Shown piece by piece: positions 1-14,928 of a stretch of DNA of 64,000 nucleotides. Both the position numbers and the translations under genes were made by a program. Below the pieces are notes generated by a model. The model saw only the letters and a program-made list of their open reading frames with translations. It made no database searches and was not told where the DNA came from. This DNA is from Octopus sinensis (taxonomy: Eukaryota): assembly GCF_006345805.1 (NCBI RefSeq), contig NW_021832262.1:1-64000 (forward strand), in the 5' to 3' direction. Positions within the stretch are counted from its first letter, which is position 1. Every line of letters begins with the position of its first letter.

Positions 1-569
1 CTACTATGACCCTAGGTCAATCAAAGTGCTGTGAGTGAACTTGGCAGATGGAAACTAAAAGAAGCCCATCATACATATGTATACATGCATGGGTTACTGT
101 CTATTTGTTTTGACTTTGCATGAAACGAATGCCCCTGCCATGAAAAACTTGTCTGACCATGAGTTGGGGACAGGAAGGGCATTTAGACCATCGAAAATTC
201 TCCTCAACAAATTCCACCCGACCCATGAAGGCATGGAAAAGTAGATGTTAAAATGATGATGATTATGATGATGGTTGTTATTGTTAGCTTGTCACGTGAT
301 CAGTCTTGATAGAGCAGACCAGACCCTATGATCAAAAGCATTCCAGCTGTGATCAAGCCATCTTTCTCCGTTTTTAAATTTTTTTTTTTATGAATCTTTG
401 TGTGAGTGTACATGATGTACGTACGATATTGGTGTATGTATGTTTTATCAAATAAACACACTTGTAGATGTATGCAACATGTATGTTTACGATTTGCCAT
501 GTCAAAACAATACAGAACCCAATACACACACACACAAACACACACATACACACACACTCATATACTGTT

Positions 570-623
570 GTGGCGAAAATGTATTATATATATGTGTATA
601 TTATATATATAATATTATATTAT

Positions 624-672
<49 letters not shown>

Positions 673-735
673 GTATGTATGTATGGTATGTATGATGTAT
701 GTATGTATGTATGTATATGTGTGTGGACAGAGGTG

Positions 736-774
<39 letters not shown>

Positions 775-924
775 GAGAGAGAGAAAGCCTGTCTTCTTCT
801 AGCTCCAGTGTTTAAGACTGACTGAACTAATAGCCTCATCTTTTGTGTTTACATTTGCACTATCTTTAGATCAGTGCATGCAAGTGTGTTTGTAAACACA
901 TTTATGCAAGTATATGTATGTATG

Positions 925-964
<40 letters not shown>

Positions 965-1306
965 TACACATATATATTATATATGTATTTATGTATGTAT
1001 ATATATATATGTATGTATGTATGTATATATATATGTATGTATGTATATGTAATATATATATACATATATATATATATAATATGTGATATATATATGTATA
1101 TATATGATTAATATGTATATATAATATATTTATATTATGTATATATAAGTATGTATGATATATATATATGTATATATATATGTGTATATATGTATATATA
1201 TATGTATATATGTATATATATGTGTGATAATTATATCTATATTATATATATATATATTATATATTATATATTATATTATATATATATATACTTATATATA
1301 TATATA

Positions 1307-1350
<44 letters not shown>

Positions 1351-1475
1351 ATACATACATACATACAACATATACAGAACAGTCATAAACAGATGCTCTG
1401 CATTAATACACACACACACACAATCATGCACCACACAACACACACCACACACACACACACCACACACACACACTT
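570..1475. repeat. Compound (AT)n/(ATGT)n/(AC)n microsatellite field
   Basis: Direct reading of the sequence; source of the poly-IY/YI ORFs. Confidence 0.95.
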
Positions 1476-1924
1476 TACTGCTTTAGGCTAAGTTGGAACC
1501 CATCGACCCTTTAGCAACAACTCACTTCATTTCAACACCACACACATGAATCACCTTATCTCACCTTAATGTGTCAAAGACAGGGACATAGGACATACTG
1601 GGTGATCATTCAATGTGCTGGAAACAACAGCCAAATATTCTTCTGGTCATGGTGCACAGCTTTAAAAACAGGAAGGACATGTTAGATAATGTGGTGGTAG
1701 ATACTCCAGGAAAGACTGGATAGCCATGGCTGGAATGGCTTTGACTGAATCATATGCTCCAATCATTGTTTACTGCTGGTCTTTAGACAAAATCTTGGAG
1801 AACATTCTTGACTGTTCTATGTACTTACATGCAGAGAAACACAAACACACAAATATATACATATATATATATGTATGTGTGTGTATGTATATATATATAC
1901 ATATATACATATAGGGAAAAAAAC

Positions 1925-2096
1925 AAAAGACGAAGACAGGTGGCGTACAAAGCAAACAGATGTATTAGTATAAGGCTCAGGAATAGAAAAAGTCTTTTAC
2001 ATTTTGAGCCTGCGCTCTTCTGCAGAAAGGTACACAGAAAAAACAAGGAGAGAAAAAAAATGTGTGTAGTGGCTAACGATCTATCGTGGCGTCTGT
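1925..2096 (-). mobile_element. Penelope-like retroelement remnant with a decayed type I hammerhead motif
   Basis: Minus strand reads ccttt-CTGCAGA-A-GAGC gcag GCTC-AAAAT-GTA-aaag: stems I and II are intact, the core is mutated. Family assignment is from recall. Confidence 0.55.
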
Positions 2097-2273
2097 TGTA
2101 TATATATATACATATATATATATATATACAACAGGCTTCTTTCAGTTTTCATCTAATGAATCCACTCACAAGGCTAGTAGTAGAAGACACTTGCCCAAGG
2201 TGCCATGCAGTGGGACTGAACCCAGAACCATGTGGTTGGTAAGCAAGCTACTTAACATACACCCACTCCTGTG

Positions 2274-2315
<42 letters not shown>

Positions 2316-2829
2316 CATAAACAAACACATACACCCACGTATATATACTTACATACTTTTACATGCATATATATATATATATGTATATATATGGATGTTA
2401 AATAATGATGAAGATGATGATTTTATGTATGTATGTAAGTATGTATGTATGTATGTAAGTATGTATGCATGTATGTTTGTATGTTTGTATGTATATCTAT
2501 AAATATGAAAATTTGATCTCTTTCCAAAGTTGTGTAGGAGTATCTAAATATTTATTTAATTCTTAAGAAATATTTGAGTTAAAAATGTTTTAAAGAATGG
2601 AGAAAATATATAAAAAGAAAATTAGTTAAGAGAAAGAAAAAAGTCACAAATGCATATACAAGCACACATGTACACATACCTTCACACACACACACACACA
2701 CACTGAAAACATTTACTTTCTGCTTAAAATAAAAAAAAAATTATTATTTTTCCACTTTATTTCCATAATTCTTTTCTCTTTAAACTTCATTTAGCTGGAT
2801 GACTTCAAACCATATTTATTTACTTTGTC

Positions 2830-3790
<961 letters not shown>

Positions 3791-4629
3791 ATCCTCGCAA
3801 TCTTCTTCATCTGCACAATGACAATTGTCAAAACTTCCAGTAAAAAATGTCCAAATATGTTTTAAATTTGTGAAATTTTTTTTTAATATTATTTTTCTTT
3901 TCTTCTCCACCACCACCACCACCACCACCACTACCACCTTTTTCTTTTTCTGATATTTCCTTTGACATGTCGTCCTTAGTTCAGGAATGGTCTGACTTTT
4001 CACCATTCTGTGCCCTTCTATTGCTGAACAGCAACTTTTTGTTTTGTTAAATTTGTTTATTGTCTTTTTTTGTGTTTTTAAATGTTGTTTCAGTTAAAAT
4101 GAGATGATTAACTCACTGTCATTGTCTTCATTAGAGATAATTTTGTAGTTTAATTAAACCACTGCAGTCTTGGGGCTGTTGCTGATTAAGTCAAGACAGC
4201 AGATATCAAATAAATATTGATGAAAATAAAAAATCAAATATGACACTTGATTTAAAATATGAAGTGTTTCAAAGTAAAAATTATGAATGGAAGAGGAAAA
4301 AAATTCACATTTGAGCAAAAATTTTATGAATTTAAAAATATTTGTGATATTTATCTTGAAAATATTAATCTCTTTTTCTTGGAATTAAACCAGCCCTTAG
4401 CAAATTTCAGTCTGTTGTAAACATTGAGACTAGATGTCTGCTTTATTCTTGTTCTTAAAAACATTGTCGTTAAGACATTAAGCATAGACATCAATCTGGT
4501 GGGAATGGTGGGAATGGTGGGATCTACATAGATCCCAAGTCCTCTTCCTCCTCTTCCTCCTTTTCCTCCTAAGTTTGAATATCTTATTAAAAAGCAACCA
4601 CCTATAAGATGAGTCCAGTGGGGAGCTAG

Positions 4630-5020
4630 TTGATTCCCAACCACATGGTTCCGGGTTCTGTCCCACTGCATGGCACTATTTCAGGCAAATGTCTCATACT
4701 ATAGCCTAAGGCTGACCAAAGCCTTGTGAATGGATTTGATAAATTGAAACCAAAAGAAGCCCATCATATACATATGTGTGTGTGTGTCTGTGTGTGTGTG
4801 CATGTGTGTGTTTGTCCCCCACCACCACTTGACAACTGGTGTTGGTTTGTTTACATCTAAACTCAGTATTTCAGCAAAAGAACACTGATAGAATAAGAGG
4901 TTTACAAATTAATTTTTAAAAATGGAACTGGGGTTAATTCATTTGAAGAATAAAAATTTTTCAAGGCAGTGCTCCAGCATGGCCACAGTCTAATGACTGA
5001 AACAAGTAAAAAATAAAAAG
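4630..5020 (+). mobile_element. CORE-type tRNA-derived SINE, degenerate
   Basis: Matches the consensus seen many times in this window: B-box-like ggttctgtccc, (TG)n middle, tail gctccagcatggcc...gaaacaagtaaaa. Confidence 0.8.
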
Positions 5021-5052
5021 AATGATAGCGCTGCTAACCATTTTGTGAGCGT

Positions 5053-5240
5053 AGCCGTATTTCGTCTGCCGTTACGTAGTGAGTTCAAATTCCGTCGAGG
5101 TTGACTTTGCCTTTCATCCTTTCAGGGTCGATAAATTAAGTACCAATTACGCACTGGGGTCGATGTAATCAACTTAATCCGTTCGTCTGTCCTTGTTTGT
5201 CCCCTCTATGTTTAGCCCCTTGTGGGCAATAAAGAAATAT
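5053..5240 (+). mobile_element. Meta-domain-type SINE, 5'-truncated
   Basis: gagttcaaattcc B box followed by gcctttcatcctttcagggtcgataaattaagtacca and the ...aaagaaata end. Confidence 0.8.
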
Positions 5241-6055
5241 ATTACCGTGTGTGTGTGTGTGTGAAAAGAATGGTAGCGCTGTTAACCATTTTGTTGGTTC
5301 ATTGTTACTGTGTATGTGTGTGTGTGTTTGTGTGTGTATGTGTGTGTGTGAAAAGAATAATAGTGCTGCTAACCATTTTGTTGGCCCACTGTCACCGTGT
5401 GTGTGTGTGTGTGTGTAGACTTTGATGTTTCTGTTAATAAGAATCACCAAGGAATTACCAAACTTTTTGCCAAGTTTGTCTTCGTTTTCTTTAATTCAAT
5501 CATTCTTTTGTCATTCTTAGAAACAAGCGTAGACATCTTCCTATCACTACCACCTTACCATTCTCCATTCTTTCAGAACAAACCATGCAATATTTACTTT
5601 TCTTTGGTTTTTATTTTCCTGTCATAGATATTAATTCCATGCTGTTGAATCCTTTATACAAGTGTATGTGTGTGATGTGAGAATATCAACAGAAATATAA
5701 TTGAGACAATTGCTAAGCGCTACACCTCCATAGATCTATTCTTCGGATGTGTGTGGGTGTATAGCTTCAATATAACTGTGCTCACAATAGTGGTGAATAA
5801 ATGCCATTTTGTTCACAGTATTGTATTCACCTATCTGCAATTATAATGTCGAGACATCACCATAAATACATATATTATCATAACCACAATGCAAATAATG
5901 ATATCACCTTGTCACCTCGGTAATATATACACATATGTCCATAGTAAAATTAATAATAAGAAAAGTAATTATAATTTCTTTTAATAAATAATAATGAGAT
6001 AATGCCATACAAACAAAGTGTGTGTTTGTGTGTCTGTCCATATATATATATATAT

Positions 6056-6480
6056 ATAGGCACAGAAGTGGCTGTGTGGTAAATAGCTTGCTAACCAACC
6101 ACATGGTTCCGAGTTCAGTCCCACTGCGTGGCATCTTGGGCAAGTGTCTTCTGCTATAGCCCCAGGCCGACCAATGCCTTGTGAGTGAATTTGGTAGACA
6201 GAAACTGAAAGAAGCCTGTCGTATATATGTATATATACATATATATGTGTGTGTGTGTGTGTTTGTATGTCTGTGTTTGTTCCCCTAGCATTGCTTGACA
6301 ACCGATGCTGGTGTGTTTACGTCCCCACCACTTAGCGGTTCAGCAAAAGAGACCGACAGAATAAGTACTGGGCTTACAAAAGAATAAGTCTCGGGGTTGA
6401 GTTGCTTGATTAAAGGCAGTGCTCCAGCATGGCCGCAGTCAAATGACTGAAACAAGTAAAAGAGTAAAGAGAAAAGAGAG
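6056..6480 (+). mobile_element. CORE-type SINE, full length
   Basis: Head with A-box/B-box-like motifs, CORE-like segment gcatcttgggcaagtgtcttc, internal microsatellite, (gagtaaaa)-type tail. Confidence 0.9.
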
Positions 6481-6519
6481 AGAGATCCTGCCCGCTCACC
6501 ACCTTAATAATAATAATAA

Positions 6520-6680
6520 TAATAACAACATAAATAATTTCTAATTTAGGGACAAGGCCAACAGTTTTGGAGGGGATGGAGTTAGTCAATTGTATTGACT
6601 GCAAGACTTAACTGGTACTTATTTTACTGACCCCAGAAGGATAAAAGGTAAAGTTGACCTCAGCAGGATTTGAATTCAGA
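6520..6680 (-). mobile_element. Meta-type SINE, degenerate
   Basis: Reverse complement of the Meta-type consensus, with the alternative tail (ggccttgtccctaaattagaa). Confidence 0.7.
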
Positions 6681-6789
6681 ACAAAGAAGCAGAACAAGTT
6701 TTTTTGTGAAGGTGGAGGGTTCTACAAGCAATCCCTCAATCCAGCTCGACAACTTAATCCAAATAATAATGGTAATCTCTTCTACTATG

Positions 6790-7012
6790 TGTGTGTGTGT
6801 GTTTGTGTGTCAGTGTTTGTCCCCGCCAACATCGCTTGACAACCGATGGTGGTGTGTTTGTGCCCCCGTCACTTAGCGGTTTGGCAAAAGAGACTGATAG
6901 AATAAGTACTAGGCTTACAAAGAATAAGTCCCGGGGTTGATTTGCTCGACCAAAGGCGGTGCTCCAGCATGGTCACAGTCAAATGACTGAAACGAGTAAA
7001 AGAGAGAAAGAG
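6790..7012 (+). mobile_element. CORE-type SINE, 3' half
   Basis: Matches the 3' half of the consensus, including the tail. Confidence 0.85.
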
Positions 7013-7044
7013 TATAATAATAATAATGATGCTGACGATGATGA

Positions 7045-7264
7045 TAATTTTGACAAAAGGCCAACAATTTGGTGGTAGTGGTGGCGAGGGTGTGGCTAAA
7101 TCAATTACATCAACCCCAGCGATCAACTGGTACTCTTTTTATCAACCTCAAAAGGATGACAGGTAAAGTCCAACTTGGTGGAATTTGAACTCAGAATGCA
7201 AAGATGGATGAAATGCCACTCAGCGTTTTACCCAGCATGCTAACATTTCTGCCAGTTCGCTACC
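7045..7264 (-). mobile_element. Meta-type SINE
   Basis: Reverse complement from head to tail. Confidence 0.75.
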
Positions 7265-7265
7265 T

Positions 7266-7712
<447 letters not shown>

Positions 7713-8312
7713 CAACACTAGGGAAAAATTTGGAAAACTAGACTAAAATAAAAATATGTAAAATATTAGAAGTTTCTTAGAAAAAAAATCTGATTTGTTT
7801 CATATGCAAAGAGTTGAGCAGCAAACTGGCAGCTGAGTTGGTGAAGGTACCCTGCCAGTATACAAGAGAGAGAGAAGGTCGGGTGGGTGGGAAGGAGAGA
7901 GAAAACGGTAAATGAAGAATTTGCAATGTTTACTTGCAGACTTGTATACAAAACTGTCTCTGCACAAAAATATGCTTCTACCCCGGCATCTTACCTTCAC
8001 CACCACCACCACCACCATCGCCACCCCTAATTGGGGGTGTGGGGAAGGTAGGGAGTGGGGTGGGGGTGGGGGCGATGGGAGGAACTAAATTTCTGTTATA
8101 TACCATATTTCTTTCTCCTCCTCCTCCTTCTCCTCCTCCTTCACCTCTTTGTTTTCGTTGCTACTTACATGTCACCTAGATAGAGAAATACATTAATTTG
8201 TAAATATACTCGCATGCAAACGCACACACACACACACACATACGTGCACACACATACACACACATACATATATATATATATGTGTGCGTGTATATATATA
8301 TATATGTATGTG

Positions 8313-8391
<79 letters not shown>

Positions 8392-8825
8392 GTATATATG
8401 TATATATATATATATACATACATACATATATATATATATAAAAATTCAGAACAACATCATGTAATCAACTACATAAGATAAAGAAAAAAAGAAGAGAAAG
8501 ACAAACAAAAGCCCCCCACAAAAAAAAATGGTAAAAATCTCTAATTAATTTCAACAGTTTTGAAAAATCTAAAAATTGCGGCATTCTTGAAAGTATATTT
8601 GCTGCGTTTTCTGGAGACCTGATTCTCAGCTGAAGTTTGTTTCCTATTATCATAGTTTTTGAAGCCTTAATAACATAATTAGCTGGTTGAGAGGTTTGAC
8701 ACCTCTTACTTGCAATTTCTGAGCAGTTTTCATCCTGCCATTAAATGGATGACTGCAAGGAATGAATTCACAGATGTCAGTGCCGAAAAATTAGGATACA
8801 ACCAAATTCAGTGACCTCCGCAGAA

Positions 8826-8877
<52 letters not shown>

Positions 8878-9295
8878 TCTTTTCTACTCTAGGCACAAGG
8901 CCTGAAATTTTGGGGAGAGGGCCAGTCAATTAGATTGACCCCTGTACACAACTGGTACTTAATTTATCGACCTCGAAAGGATGAAAGGCAAAATTAATCT
9001 TGGCAGAATTTGAACTCAGGACATAAAAATGGATGAAATGCCGCTAAGCCAAGTTGACTTTGGTGGAATTTGAACTCAGAATGTAAAGACAGACAAAATA
9101 CTGCTAAGCATTTCACCTGGCGTGCTAACATTTCTTATTTCTTTATTGCCCACACTGGGCTAAACATAGAGGGGACAAACAATGACAGATAAAGGGATTA
9201 AGTCGATTACATCGACCCCAGTGTGTAACAGGTACTTAATTTATCGACCCTGAATGGATGAAAGGCAGAGTCGACTTTGGCGGAATTTGAACTCA
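8878..9295 (-). mobile_element. Cluster of nested or partial Meta-type SINEs
   Basis: Three gaatttgaactca B-box complements with matching bodies. Confidence 0.8.
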
Positions 9296-9724
9296 CTTGA
9301 CAACCGATGCTGGCGTGCTTACATCCCTGTAATTTAGCAGTTCCGCAAAAGAGACCGATAGAATAAGTACTAGGCTTACAAAGAATAAGTCCTGGGGTTG
9401 ATTTGCTCGACTAAAGACGGTGCTCCAGCATGGCTGCAGTCAAATGACTGAAACAAGTAAAAGAGAATGTAGAGATCACACTTTTGTCATGCAGTCTGTC
9501 CTGATTATCAACCAATCAGCTTACTACAATATCATACCATATCACGAATATCATCCGCAAATCTGCAGTGTCCTTGAATTTCGTATGCTTCTCTTTGTTC
9601 TAGAGCGCATTTGTGCCAAGAACGACTTCAGAGGTTTGGGAACCACCAGAGAACACATTCTCACCTTTCACCACAAGCAAAACAGAGCATGACCGAGTAT
9701 AGCAGAAACAATGTCAGGTTTATA

Positions 9725-10512
9725 AGACAACAAGCTGGCAGAATCGTTAGCACGCCGGGCGAAATGCGTAGCAGTATTTCATCTGCCGCTACGTTCTGAG
9801 TTCAAATTCCACCGAGGTCGACTTTGCCTTTCATCCTTTCTGGGTCAATTAAATAAGTACCAGTTATGTACAGGGGTCGACATAATCAACTAAATCCATT
9901 TGTCTGTCCTTGTTTGTCCTCTCTGTGTTTAGCCCCTTGTGGGTAGTAAAGAAATAGGCATTTTGTCTGCCGCTACATTCTGAGTTCAAATTCCGCCAAG
10001 GTCCACTTTGCCTTTCATCCTTTCGGGGGTCAATTAAATAAGTACAAGTTACATACTGGGGGTCGATGTAATCGACTTAATCCATTTGTCTGTCCTTATT
10101 TGTCCTCTCTGTGTTTAGCCCCTTGTGGGTAGTAAAGAAATAGGTATTTCGTCTGCCGCTACATTCTGAGTTCAAATTCTGCCAAGATCGACTTTACCTT
10201 TCATCCTTTCGGGGTCAATTAAATAAGTACCAGTTATGTACTGGGGTCGATATAATCGACTTAATCCGGTTGTCTGTCCCTGTTTGTCCCCTCTGTGCTT
10301 AGCCCCTTGCGTGTAGTAAAGAAATAGGTATTTCATCTGCCACTACATTCTGAGTTCAAATTCCACCAAGGTCGACTTTGCCTTTCATCCTTTCAGGGTC
10401 AATTAAATAAGTACCAGTTATGTACTGGGGTCGATGTAATCGACTAAATCCGTTTGTCTATCCTTGTTTGTCCCCTGTGTTTAGCCCCTTGTGGGCAATA
10501 AAGAAATAAGAA
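9725..10512 (+). mobile_element. Meta-type SINE tandem multimer: one headed unit plus three head-less units of ~184 bp
   Basis: Junctions aaatagg(t/c)attt at about 9957, 10143 and 10327. Confidence 0.92.
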
Positions 10513-11314
10513 ACAATGTTAGGTTTTTAAGGCGGCAAGCTGGTAGAAATGTTAGCATGCCAGGCGAAATGCTTAGTGGTATTTTGTCTGCCACTACGTT
10601 CTGAGTTCAAATTCTGCCGAGATCGACTTTACCTTTCATCCTTTCAGGGTCGATTAAATAAGTACCAGTTACATACTGGGGTTGATATAATCGACTTAAT
10701 CCGTTTGTTTCTGCTTGTTTGTCCAGCAAATGGAAGTAAAATGTGACATCTTCTTGACCGTGGTACCCGCTTCAGAGAACTATTAACTACAATACCTTCT
10801 CTCCAAAATTTTCAGCCATCGTACCCCTTCTACAGCTTGCTAATGACCACAGTACCTTCTCAGCAGCAACTGTTGAGCTATATCGAAACAATACCATGAA
10901 AGCAGTGATGACATCAAGTCATATTGTTCCATAATTAAATGAATGCTATTACACTTAGCTAAAGTTTACATCTGTGTTTGTGAATGAGTTAAACAACTCT
11001 CACGAGGACTGTCATGGCAATAGATATAACACTATATCACCGGAGTGTAGCATTTAATATTGAAGCTAGCTGACGTTAAAAAAAGATAAGAAGCGACATA
11101 ATTCAGAAGCCATATTAATTTTTCTATGTCTATCGAAGTGAAGCAGATGAAAGCTGAACGCTACTTTGGACACAGATGTAAATATTAATTGATTTTCATT
11201 AAATATTCTATGTACGATAATCTTGTTAATGTTTGTCACTTCAACATTATCTGCATGAAGAGGGAATTCAAGAAAAAAGAAAAATTACGAAAATTACAAA
11301 AAAGAAAAAAAAAT

Positions 11315-11607
11315 TAACATGGCTGTGTGGTATGAAGCTTGCTTCCTAACCACATGATTGTGGGTTCAAGTCCCACTTCATGGTACCTTGGGCAAGTGTT
11401 TCCTACTATAGCCTTGGACCAACCAAAGCCTTGTGAGTGGATTTGGTAGATGGAAACTGAAAGAAGCCCATCACATGTGTGTGTGTGTGTGTGTTTGTGT
11501 GTCTGTGTTTGTCCCCCCAACATCGCTTGACAACCGATGCTGATGTGTTTATGCCCCCGCAAAAGAGACCAATAGAATAAGTACTAGGCTTACAGAGAAT
11601 AAATCTT
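11315..11607 (+). mobile_element. CORE-type SINE, 3'-truncated
   Basis: Matches the consensus. Confidence 0.85.
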
Positions 11608-11639
11608 GCAAAAATGTCATTGAGTTCAATGTGACAGGT

Positions 11640-12150
11640 TGGGGCTCTCCATTATGGTAACGTATGCTGAGGAAGATGAGGCTATTATGCCAGTCCAGAA
11701 ACGGTCCATGTGAGTCCAAATACTTGAACGTGTGTGTGTATGATTCTGTGTGTGTGTATGTGTGTATATATATATATATATAATGATTGTGTTGTGTCAG
11801 ATGTGAGGGGCTGGAGAAGAATAAGGCAAGGCAATGAGTTTCTGTATGACCCTAGATGAGAATGAATTAGGGAAAGCACAAATGAACTGCGAGAACAGCT
11901 AAATGGGTACTAAAAATGATTATACGGAAAATAACTGCCCTCGTACAGATGGACAATGTGTGCTAGGTGAAAGGTACCATGTGTTTGAGACCAAAGAAAA
12001 TATGGTAAAATGTTAGAAGATCTAAGATTATCAGAATCCAGTGATGAAATACCAAATTATTGAAATGAGTAGCGATGCGCTTGCTTCAAAGCAGATCTAT
12101 CCAACCCACCAGCCCAGCTTGGAAGAAAGCAGATGCTTAAGCAATGGTCA

Positions 12151-12168
<18 letters not shown>
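11640..12168 (+). mobile_element. Degenerate 3' end of an RTE-clade LINE
   Basis: Broken frames give STNELREQL and VKGTMCLRPKKIW, resembling the RTE C-terminal ELRE...GRPKKTW motif; ends in a decayed RTE-type tail plus (GAT)n. Confidence 0.55.
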
Positions 12169-12184
<16 letters not shown>

Positions 12185-12275
12185 GGTGGTGGTGGTGGTG
12201 GTGGTGGTGGTGGTGCTGTGATGACCTTTTTACTTGTTTTGTGTTTACTTCTGTTTTGTTTATCTTGAGACTTCC

Positions 12276-12325
<50 letters not shown>

Positions 12326-12388
12326 TATATATACACATACACACACATATATATACATACATATATATATATATACATACATATATAT

Positions 12389-12467
<79 letters not shown>

Positions 12468-12505
12468 CATATTATATATATAATATTATATATATATATA
12501 TATTA

Positions 12506-12537
<32 letters not shown>

Positions 12538-12929
12538 ATATATATATACATATATATATAATAAAATCTATGACATCTTAAACTTTGTTATGTCATAACA
12601 CCAATTAACATCTAACGATGAGTCCTTAACCTCTGCATATCAGAAAACATGGTATTACTAACTTGTATTTATTTATTCATTTCTGGTAAACATTGATATC
12701 AAACTTAACAAAATCTAAACAACATTTATACTCTGAGCTGGAAGTATTTCTGTGTTGTGCCTGCATCATGGAGAATTTACTGAAAACACATTCAATAAAC
12801 AGTAAAATTACCAGCAAAATTTTGGTAAAATAGATAAATGGTATTAATGGTACAAACCATTCTGACTGGATCTTGGTATCTTTTCCTTCTTGTAAGCATT
12901 TGATCTGTTACATCAGTGTTTCATGGCAG

Positions 12930-13076
12930 TTTATTCCTTAACATTGTTTGTTCCTTCTCGAGCCATTTCCCCAAGACTCCTGAAGAAGACTGGAGGGTAT
13001 ATCAGCCGAAGCGTTGTGTTAACAACAAAAAAGATGAGGACAAATATCTGTCAAATGTAAATAATGTAAATAATGA
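12930..13076 (+). mobile_element. Penelope-like remnant with a decayed hammerhead motif and a (aatgtaaat)n end
   Basis: CTGAAGA-A-GACTG...CAGCC-GAAGC-GTT at 12980-13015. Confidence 0.55.
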
Positions 13077-13312
13077 TCATGGGAAGAGAATTTGTTCATT
13101 GTAGAGTTACAGTTGTTCTAACTGAGCGTCAACTCCATCCCTCTCATCTCTCTGAGTGGGACTCCAAAAGTAATGAGTGCAAACTACGACCCCCCCCCCT
13201 TTCAGCTTCATCAATTCCACTTGTCTGAGAGGGACTCTAAAAGCAATGTGTGTTACCTTCCTCTCCTTTTACCGAAAGAATAAAAAAATATCTAAAGAAA
13301 AAAATATTGCAT

Positions 13313-13742
13313 ACATAGGCGCAGGAGTGGCTGTGTGGTAAGTAGCTTGCTTACCAATCACATGGTTCTGGGTTCAGTCCCACTGCGTGGCACCTTGGGC
13401 AAGTGTCTTCTACTATAGCCTCGGGCCGACCAAAGCCTTGTGAGTGGATTTGGTAGATGGAAACTGAAAGAAGCCCGTCGTATATATGTATATATATATA
13501 TGTGTGTGTGCGTGTATTTTTGTGTGTCTGTGTTTGTCCCCCTAGCATTGCTTGACAACCGATGCTGGTGTGTTTACGTCCCCGTCACTTAGTGGTTCGG
13601 CAAAAGAGACAGATAGAATAAGTACTGGGCTTACAAAGAATAAGTCCCGCGGTCGAGTTGCTCGATTAAAGGCGGTGCTCCAGCATGGCCACAGTCAAAT
13701 GACTGAAACAAGTAAAAGAGTAAAAGAGAGTAAAAGAGTATA
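13313..13742 (+). mobile_element. CORE-type SINE, full length
   Basis: Near-consensus from head to tail. Confidence 0.92.
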
Positions 13743-14467
13743 CTTAGATATGTACAAGCAATCATAAATACATTCATGCATATATACACACATACATACA
13801 TACGCACATGCAAATATACATACATACACATACACACACACACACACACATGCATGCACTTAGGATTTTCCTCATCACCTATGTTTGTTGCATCTCCTTC
13901 CCATCAAATTTACTAAAGTACCTGAATGCAACAGTTCCTGCTTATGTGCATATTCTCTCTCTCTCTTTCTCTCTTCCTTGTGCTCCCTCTCTCCCCTCTT
14001 TCATGCATGCCCCCCACCCCACACTCCAAGCCCCCCTCAGCCACCCGTAAACCTGTCATTCTTCTCTAATACTACATCTTGTTTTACAATTATTCTCTGT
14101 GGCACTTTTAATTTATTGATGTCAGTTTTATCAGGCTGGCAAACTTGCAGATAAAAAAAAATAAAACACACACACACGCACACACAAACACACACACACA
14201 CGCGCGCGCGCCTCCTCCCCTTCTTCCCTTCCCCCACGGACATCTGTAGCATCAGGGACTAAATGTATTTTCATCATTAATCTATGTGATCAAATTCTAC
14301 CAGTGAAGGTGCAGGCGTGGCTCAGTGGTTAAGCAGTTTATTTCCCAACCACATTGCTTTAAGTTCAATCCCACAGTTTGGCACTTTGGGCCAAGTGTCT
14401 TCTTCTATAAACCCCAGGCCAGCCAAAGCTTTGTGAGAGGATTTGGTTGATGAAACTAAAAGAAGTT

Positions 14468-14890
14468 CATAGGCACAGGAGTGGCTGTGTGGTAAGTAGC
14501 TTGTTTACCAACCACATGGTTCCGGGTTCAGTCCCACTGCATGGCACCTTGAGCAAATGTCTTCTACTATAGCCTCAGGCCGACCAAAGCCTTGTGAGTG
14601 GATTTGGTAGACAGAAACTGAAAAGAAGCCCGTCGTATATATGTATATATATATATGCGTGGGTGTATGTGTTTGTGTGTCTGTGTTTGTCCCCCTAGCA
14701 TTGCTTGACAACCGATGCTGGTGTGTTTATGTCCCCGTAACTTAGCAGTTCGGCAAAAGAGAAGACCGATAGAATAAGTACTGGGCTTACAAAAGAATAA
14801 GTCCCGGGGTCGATTTGCTCGACTAAAGGCAGTGCTCCAGCATGGCCGCAGTCAAATGACTGAAACAAGTAAAAGAGTAAAGAGAGAGTA
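14468..14890 (+). mobile_element. CORE-type SINE, full length, directly after an older SINE head (about 14310-14467)
   Basis: Matches the consensus. Confidence 0.9.
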
Positions 14891-14894
14891 TGTG

Positions 14895-14928
<34 letters not shown>

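Noticed and set aside
5981-6301. Recurrent peptide family MSSNARGTNTD...EDTCPRCHAVGLNPEPCGW
   Set aside because: Antisense translation of the CORE-type SINE consensus, seen at many copies; not a gene family.
8465-8745. Open minus-strand frame of about 90 codons in unique DNA
   Set aside because: No recognisable domain or convincing splice sites; compatible with chance.
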